A stretch of 63,600 nt of DNA, the filler included, from Stramenopiles sp. TOSAG23-2 (lineage: Eukaryota), in assembly GCA_900128395.1 (NCBI GenBank). It is 17 parts of 17 records of this genome, joined end to end, with 100 filler letters (N's around TTAATTAATTAA, not from the genome) between each part and the next. Parts side by side here need not be neighbours in the genome. Positions count along the whole stretch, not along the records: positions 54,708 to 58,497 come from LT651099.1; positions 58,598 to 62,386 come from LT651100.1; positions 62,487 to 63,600 come from LT653683.1; 14 more parts are not named here. One strand, given 5' to 3'. A model generated the notes under the pieces. It was given only the letters and a program-made list of their open reading frames with translations. It had not been told where the DNA came from and made no database searches. The position numbers were made by a program, and so were the translations under genes. Within the stretch, counting starts at the first letter, position 1. Every line of letters starts with the position of its first letter. Positions 56,313 to 63,600 of this stretch are shown piece after piece.

Positions 56313-57947
56313 TTAATACTGTGCATATGCTACTGTTTTTTGCGGTTGAGCATATGCTACTGGTTGTTGTTGTTGAGCATACCCTACTGGTTGTTGTTGT
56401 GGTTGCATGTATTGTGGTTGTGATTGTGCAACTGGATAAGAAGGCTGCCCATATCCACCTTGCTGCTGCACGGTTTGCGGTGGTTGTACAATAGGGTGGT
56501 ACATAGTATTTGGTTGCGGCTGTGGTGCATTTGAATAGTTTCCATTATATCTAGGTGTACTTTTCTTTTCCCTGAAACAGCAATACCACGTGATGCATGG
56601 GCAACATAAAATAATTAAACCAATGGTTAAGAACATTACGCCTCTTCCAAACAATGTTAATTGCGATTCACCAAAACACATGTATGGTGAAGTTTTTCTG
56701 TTACAACCTTTGGTTAATAATGTCCCTAAATACCATGGATCCTTCCCTGACATTAATTTCACTTTGAAACTTTCGCTACTACCTTTTGCATCGTGCGGTA
56801 CACTAATATATGCTGTCGGCATAAACTGACTGTTTAATGAATCCCATATACATCCAACTGAATCTGGTGGTGCTGAAGCCTCAACGGATCTTGTATCCTT
56901 AGACGTCTTGCCAAGCAATTGGCGTAAATTAGAATCATTATTACTCTCTTTATCGGATACTAAACAAATATCCGTCAATGCTTGTTTCACTGAACATTGC
57001 CCAGTTTTTGAATCCCATTTACCCTTTTGATTGCTACTGCACTCATTTGAACACGTATTTTTAACAGGATCTTGATAAAAGCACCTTTTTGTCGCAGAAG
57101 ATGGATAACCACAATATTGTCTTAATGCACGTTGACCTAAGCAATCAATATCGTACCCATTGTATCCATGTGTCCTATATTTGGCACCATTATTTCTACC
57201 ACTTGTACATTGACAATAGCAATCTCCATAATTCAAACAATGCCTTGATGAAACATCATAATACCACTGGTTTTTGCCTTGATAGTTCCAAGATGAGGAG
57301 CTTGGTGGACAACCATCGCCGTCATAGTCCAAACCACAATTATTACCCTCACTGCAAGTTTTCCCATTAGAAGCTTGTGCTTTATTATCACATGTCCATG
57401 TTTTTTGGATGGTTTGCTCAAATGAAAATGGCCCGGAAATTGTATTGGTATTTTTTGATTGAATCTCCAGTGTAAATGTTGAAGGTGTATCTATGGAATA
57501 CGAAGTACTAGGAGAAGTGTACTGTACACTTGTCCATTCACTTGTTAAATCCTTGCTATCGTCACCAAATACTTTATTAGTATTGTATTTAGTTTCACTC
57601 TCTTGTAATATAGTAGCGTTTGCAACACTTCCTAAAATTTTTAAAGAATATGGCGTGCTTGACGTAAACGCAGACATCAGTGCAGCAGTGCCAGCCCATG
57701 CTTCAACGTAACCATTAAATTCTTTGATATTTGCCTCACGATGATTCTCATAGGCAGAGGATAGAAATACAACACCAGCAATTGTACAGCCAAAACCACC
57801 TAACAGTGCTAAGACTAGAATACCACAAATACAACGCGGTAATGCGCATAAATCATTTCTTCCTCGATACCCGTATCCCCATCCACCTCCTCCTCCCCAA
57901 CCAAAGAAGCCACCAGTTGATGCACTACCTACTGTTTGATATGGCAT
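56313..57947 (-). CDS. Two-TM membrane protein with a large Cys-rich ectodomain and a Q/P/Y-rich cytoplasmic tail
   Basis: TM1 ICGILVLALLGGFGCTIAGVVFL; TM2 GVMFLTIGLIILCCPCITWYCCF; tail repeats QQPV(A/G)YAQ. Confidence 0.82.
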   Translation of the reverse strand: MPYQTVGSASTGGFFGWGGGGGWGYGYRGRNDLCALPRCICGILVLALLGGFGCTIAGVVFLSSAYENHREANIKEFNGYVEAWAGTAALMSAFTSSTPYSLKILGSVANATILQESETKYNTNKVFGDDSKDLTSEWTSVQYTSPSTSYSIDTPSTFTLEIQSKNTNTISGPFSFEQTIQKTWTCDNKAQASNGKTCSEGNNCGLDYDGDGCPPSSSSWNYQGKNQWYYDVSSRHCLNYGDCYCQCTSGRNNGAKYRTHGYNGYDIDCLGQRALRQYCGYPSSATKRCFYQDPVKNTCSNECSSNQKGKWDSKTGQCSVKQALTDICLVSDKESNNDSNLRQLLGKTSKDTRSVEASAPPDSVGCIWDSLNSQFMPTAYISVPHDAKGSSESFKVKLMSGKDPWYLGTLLTKGCNRKTSPYMCFGESQLTLFGRGVMFLTIGLIILCCPCITWYCCFREKKSTPRYNGNYSNAPQPQPNTMYHPIVQPPQTVQQQGGYGQPSYPVAQSQPQYMQPQQQPVGYAQQQQPVAYAQPQKTVAYAQY

Positions 57948-58597
57948 GTTATTGTTATTGTTGTTATTATTATAATTATTATTATATATTCAATATATAT
58001 ATATTCAACCTTTTTAAATAGTATAATGATATGTCTATTTTGTCTCTCTATCTCTCTCTCTCTTTATATATATATATATATTATATATATTACTTTGTAT
58101 ATTGTACAACCTCGTATAGCTATACGTGTAATCTGTTCGTTGTTACTAATATCTAGATATTGGTTGCATTGATATATAAATAAAATATTAATTTTAACAA
58201 AAAAATCCAAAATCTCTGGATTTCATGATGTGTTAATGTTAGTGTGTACTCGTAGGAAAAACGGAGATTTGGACCTGAAAGATTTATGGTGTCCAGAGGA
58301 AAACAAACCCACAAAAACGCATTCGTTTATCATCCTTGGGATTAGTTATTAATAGCACCATCACATCATTGCATTTACAATGCACAACCAAATGCAAAAA
58401 TAGTATTTCTTTCAAAAACACCAAATTCGGCTCGAGCGCACGAAGCCGAGTGCAAAAAAATCATCTCAAAAAAAAAAATCATCTACCAGACCTACAANNN
58501 NNNNNNNNNNNNNNNNNNNNNNNNNNNNNNNNNNNNNNNNNTTAATTAATTAANNNNNNNNNNNNNNNNNNNNNNNNNNNNNNNNNNNNNNNNNNNN

Positions 58598-61119
58598 CGA
58601 CACTAAATTTTGTAACAACAAACGGTGTAGATGGTGCGGAAATGTACATCAAAATAACTGCTTCCGGTACCGCTTGTACTGCTACTGCTATCGATGGAGG
58701 AACTGGACAATTGACATATGTGAGTGCAACTGAAGCTACATTTTCTTTTACTACGACAGAAGGTGCTGGTACTAATTTTACTGTATGTGCAGGAATGTCA
58801 TCAGCAGGCGAATATGCTGCTTTGGCTGGAGGTGCTGATGCTATTGATATCACTGCTGCTCCTACTGTAGCATCGTTGACGGAGACCACTGCACAATCGA
58901 CTTACCCAACGACACTAAATTTTGTAACAACAAACGGTGTAGATGGTGCGGAAATGTACATCAAGATAATTCCTTCGAATATTGCTTGTGGTAATACGGA
59001 CGGTGTGAGCGATGCTATTGTTGGAGGCTATGGACAATTGACATTTGTCAATTTAAATGCGGCTACATTTGAGTTGACAACATCAATATCCGCCACTGTT
59101 GGTTTACACGTATGTGCGGGAATGTCAGAAGGAGGAACATACAATGGTTTGACCTCACCTACTACAATTGCTATTACAGGAACTGTTACTGGTGTAACTT
59201 TGGACTTCGAAAGTTACGTACACGATGTAACTGGCTTTTTATTATTTTCATATACAACTGAAAATCCGTTACCGACAGATGGTAAAATAATAATTGTGTT
59301 TCCCGCTGGGTACAATGTTTCATCTGTTAGCATACCATCGTCCCAAACAAATAATTATGATGGTACTTTAAGCGTTGAGGCAGTATCACAAACAGTTACA
59401 ATTACTCGTACTGGTAGTAATGTAAAGGCGGCAGGCCCGATTAAAGATTTAAGATTAGAAAATATCGTGAACCCGTCTACTGGCAGTACAGTTTCTATTA
59501 CAATCGAAACTGCACGAAATGATGGCACTATTATTGATACACACGCAGGATCATCTGTTACAAAAGGTGCCGCTGAAATCTTACCATCATCCAAACAAAT
59601 CACATTTAGTAACAATGCATTAGGTGCGCCGACAACAATGACTATGTCATTCCAAAGTAATACTGAATTGATAAACACAGAATGTGTAATCACTGTCCAG
59701 TTTCCGCATCTTTTTAGTAGTGGACCAAATCTAGACGCGTCCAGTGTGAAGGTGAAATCTGGTTGTGGTACAGGAAATTTCCAAATTATTGACCCTGATG
59801 GAGCAATTGGTGGAAGTGGTGATGAACACGAAGCGGATCCTCGTAATGCTTGCGGCGCTTCCTATAATACGGATTGTAGTGGGGCTGTAATGGGTAACAA
59901 TGGAAGAGCAACTGCCGGCCGAAAACCTTATTTAAAAATCAAATTACATTCAGGAGCAGTACCAATCGACACACAGTGTTCCCTAGAAATTCATGATTTA
60001 ATTAATCCGCCAGTACCCGTCGCTGCTGATAGCACTGATTATCTTTTCGGCATCCAATGTTCTACTACAATTACCCATTCTATAAATAGTGCTAATTTTT
60101 TCGAAGCTGGATCCTCCATCGAAAAGATAGGCAATGCACCGGTATTATATGGCATTCAATCAGAATGTCGAAGTGGAGGTGAAAGGGCAGGAGCATTGGC
60201 AACATGTACTGGATATCCATGCAAAACCTGTGATGTTGATGGACATTCATTTTATGCTCGTAGTACCACATCTTGTCCTAATGATAAATCAGCAAATGGC
60301 ATCTCAAACGAATACGGTGGTACAATTGGTAGGAGTAATGTTAGATGCGATGCTTCGTTTAAAACGCATAGTAGCATGGATATTTATTTTAAAACTATGG
60401 GAAGTGGGGGAACTGTGTGGTGTGGTGCGTTTGGAAGTGATTTTATTTGGAATACGCATAATTCAGACGATCATAGTATTGGTACAATGGATTTGGATGT
60501 GGCTTCATTAACTGGTTTACATTCACGAAATTACATCACAGTCGATGCAGCTTCCAGTAACTTTGACCATTCAGTATCACTAAACAGTTTGTCGCCAGAT
60601 ACCCACTATGTCATCCATTGTCAAACAGCTGATGAACCAAGTGCAGCTATGGATGCGTGGACCGATTCAAATCCATATATTTTTGATGATTCATTAGTTC
60701 GAAGCGTTACTACACACGGATCTGTTGTAGGCACATTGACACTTACCTTTACTCATGGAAATGCAATAGGACAGGGAAGTGTCATAAAAATTACAACGTT
60801 AGATTCTCCTGCAAATGATATATTTGGTTCCGCTGCTAATAGCAGTTGCACGGGCACAACAGGCGGAAGAAAAGGCGCTAGAACTGAGCTTACATTTTCA
60901 TCACAAACAGCGATTGCTAATTCTGGTGCAGATGGATTTGATGTGTATAAATTAACCACCACATTGGATGCTGCTGGAACATCCACTGCTGGAAATACAA
61001 TAATTATAAGATGCAATACCAATTTGCAAAATCCATCTGACTCGGTTACTACAAAATATCATTTAGAAGTTACATATCACGCCACTCTGAGAAATCGAAA
61101 GGGTCCAACGTTTCATTAG
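58598..61119 (+). CDS. Large Thr/Ser/Gly-rich beta-sandwich repeat (surface/extracellular-type) protein, 5' truncated
   Basis: Repeat TLNFVTTNGVDGAEMYIKI...C...GQLT...VCAGMS occurs twice; YTTENPLPTDGKIIIVFP-type modules; FN3-like LSPDTHYVIHC. Confidence 0.8.
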
Positions 61120-61820
61120 TAGAGATATGTTGTAAAGGTTTTAAGTTTTCATGTTTTCAAAGAATTACATTCTGTATGTTGGCGTAGGCGGTCCAAAAAG
61201 TGCAGTTTAACGCTATTCATTATATTGGAAAAATATACTATAATATTTATTTAATAAAATCACAAAATATCAAATATTCGTGCATAAAATATTGTATTAA
61301 AAAAATATCCGAAATAATAAAATAATATTAATATATTTTTGTAATAGTGAATGGTGTTAAAAATCATACCTGCGAATATTAATTCTACTCAATATGCACC
61401 CAGAGTTTTTAATCTCCACATTTACCATTTACCAGATGATTACCTTTCGCCTTTTCCAGCCTTTTCCAGCCTTCCAGCCGCCTTCTGGCCTTCTTCCAGC
61501 CTTCCCTGCAGCTTTTTTTGAATTTTTCGTAGTGTGATCAATATTACCGGTTTAATAGGAACGTTGGCTTGTTAGTGTATAATTCTATGTAACAAATAAA
61601 TTTTACACCAGTTGATAAATTTAACAACAACAATAATAATAATAATAATAGTAAATAATAATAATTTGTTGTATTATTTATAGTGCTATAATTAATATAA
61701 ATAAATATAAAATATAATAATAATCAACTGTATATGTTTTCCCTTTTCTTTATCACAATCATTTAAATTAAATCTAAAATCTTTTTAATTGATAAAATTC
61801 ATCCAAGCATTTTGCTATAC

Positions 61821-62386
61821 CTAGTGTATCAGAAACACCCTCCTTTTCTTTTTGTGTAAATATATAACAGTACTGTCGTCTGCTGTCGCTGTAGCAAATG
61901 TCACTTTAAGTAATTTCTGAGCATCATCATTTTCAATATCTGCTATTATTGTAAACTTCTCTAAATTTGTACTACCTAATACGATTTCAGGATCACCATT
62001 ATTAGTTGGATTTAATATAGTCAAATCGTCACCTAATGTTACTGTACCAGTAGCGACAAACTTTCCCACCTTCATGGCATACCCCCCTAGATCAATATCT
62101 TTACCAACACCTTCTACTATCGATGCTTTTTGACTTTTACTTAATACAAATATACCTTTTGATATATCAAATATTTTACTTGATCCAATATTTATTGTAT
62201 TTGATAATATATCATATGATAATGCATCAGATAATGATACAATTTTACCATCACTATTACTATACAATAAACCATTACCATCTATATTACTATCATCTTT
62301 TAATGATTTTGATATAAGATGATTTGCTGTCATATCGTATCTACCTATATCAATATCTTTACCAACACCTTCAACAATCGATGCTT
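61821..62386 (-). CDS. Fibre-like repeat protein fragment, 5' truncated
   Basis: The frame is open to the contig edge; ASIVEGVGKDID(I/L)G.Y occurs twice about 87 aa apart; Gly/Asp/Ile beta-repeat composition. Confidence 0.55.
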
Positions 62387-62922
62387 NNNNNNNNNNNNNN
62401 NNNNNNNNNNNNNNNNNNNNNNNNNNNNNNTTAATTAATTAANNNNNNNNNNNNNNNNNNNNNNNNNNNNNNNNNNNNNNNNNNNNACATTAAATAGACA
62501 AAGAAGGAGGAAGGAATAAGGAGAAGAGAGAGAGAGCGAAGGTGTTTTACGTAAAAAACTGGATTCCATACATCATAATGAATGTACACACACATGGCAG
62601 AGAAACATTACATGATATGCATACGGGTTCGTATATATTTACTCGTATAATGATGTGGCAGAAATTAATATCATTTATATATATTACGTATTACGAGTAC
62701 GTCTTACGAATTATATAATTTTTACTCTCATAAAATATCATATATTTTAAATATATATTAATTTTTTTTAAAGCGTCAGGTATGATTTAATGATACCTCG
62801 GTAATATCTAATTTATACACACGCACATTTCTCTCTCTGGCTCTGTCCTTTTACCTCTCACTTCTCACAAGATATTATTAGTAACATAATATATCATATT
62901 AGAATAATGCATGGCGTTCACT

Positions 62923-63600
62923 CTATGATGTCTTGAAACCTTCTATATATTTTGTAGGGTTTTCACATTTTTGATTGCATAATGGGCAGTTTTTCGAAGT
63001 TAAAAGCCATTGCTCTATACATTTGGTATGGTAAAAATGGCGATCTGAGCAAGGCAAACAAGTAACCATATGACTTGGTTTATACTTTTCTAAACAAATT
63101 GTACATTCCTCAGGTGGCTTGGCCATAACTTTTATTCTATCTTTGTAATTTTCACTTTTAAATAATTTAACCACATCTAATGAGAAACCTTTCCCACCAT
63201 CAGCATTGTCGGTATTGTTAATATCCATAGCATTCCGTTCAGCTTGTTCATGTGCTCTTCTTTCTTGAACTCCTCTCCATGTCCAATAAAAGAAACCTAT
63301 AAATAAAAACAATACTTGGAATACAAATATTAACAATTGTGCTCCAAATAATTGCATCATGTATTTATCTGGTTTAGATTGTCCCGGTGCGTCATAATGT
63401 CGCAAGATCGTGATTGGGAAATATACAAAATTGAAGCAATTCACTAAAAATCGAATTTTTCCCGTTGCTTTGTTGATTTTGAAATAAAAGGATTTAATCA
63501 ACTGAGTACGCTTTTCAAGATAATATGCATCTATTTCATCAATCGTCATTAAATTGATATTTGATACATCATCATTTAACATACGTATTACTTTTTTCAC
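62923..63600 (-). CDS. Transmembrane RING-H2 E3 ubiquitin ligase, 5' end outside the window
   Basis: CTICLEKY...LPCSDRHFYHTKCIEQWL...CPLC preceded by TM segments. Confidence 0.9.
   Translation of the reverse strand: MKKVIRMLNDDVSNINLMTIDEIDAYYLEKRTQLIKSFYFKINKATGKIRFLVNCFNFVYFPITILRHYDAPGQSKPDKYMMQLFGAQLLIFVFQVLFLFIGFFYWTWRGVQERRAHEQAERNAMDINNTDNADGGKGFSLDVVKLFKSENYKDRIKVMAKPPEECTICLEKYKPSHMVTCLPCSDRHFYHTKCIEQWLLTSKNCPLCNQKCENPTKYIEGFKTS

Noticed and set aside
61448-61512. Degenerate CCTT(TT)CCAG microrepeat
   Set aside because: Short simple repeat with no further structure; not a recognisable telomere array
3825-62486. Regularly spaced TTAATTAATTAA motif every ~3.9 kb, and apparent gene clusters across it
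   Set aside because: It is an artificial N-padded linker between length-sorted contigs; adjacency across linkers has no biological meaning
1-63600. tRNA, rRNA or snRNA genes and an alternative genetic code
   Set aside because: I saw no cloverleaf or rRNA-like segment by eye (tRNAscan/Infernal not run); conserved genes read through in the standard code and end at TAA, TAG or TGA

Overview
This window is not one locus. It is a concatenation of 17 unrelated short contigs of about 3.8 kb, sorted by decreasing length (3817 down to 3789 nt for the 15 fully bounded ones) and joined by artificial 100-nt linkers (N44-TTAATTAATTAA-N44). Gene neighbourhoods are therefore meaningful only within a contig. 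The DNA is strongly AT-rich and eukaryotic: standard code, mostly intron-poor ORFs with poly-Asn/Glu/Lys tracts, a few canonical GT-AG introns and flagellar genes. This suggests a flagellated protist SAG/MAG, possibly a stramenopile (inference). Recognisable genes include PNKP, a RasGAP-like/PTEN protein, RTRAF, REX1BD, a CFAP97-domain protein, an EF-hand-FERM protein, IQ/WW and WW/EF-hand proteins, a carboxylesterase, an EcKL/APH kinase, an NPPY adenine methyltransferase, and RRM, TPR and RING-H2 proteins. The most unusual parts are: (1) contig 7842-11657, a mosaic of truncated gene fragments (PQQ propeller, SNF2 helicase, possible viral-type SSB) bracketed by 48-bp direct repeats around a central ~380-bp inverted repeat that shares a CCGTGGGGACA core; (2) two neighbouring introns filled with a palindromic repeat array; (3) a PNKP with a hidden N-terminal PIP box; (4) a RasGAP-PTEN fusion; and (5) an EF-hand-plus-helix module shared by genes on different contigs. 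Several exact 76-123 bp tandem duplications that break ORFs are probably assembly artefacts. All protein identifications are by motif recognition; no searches were run.
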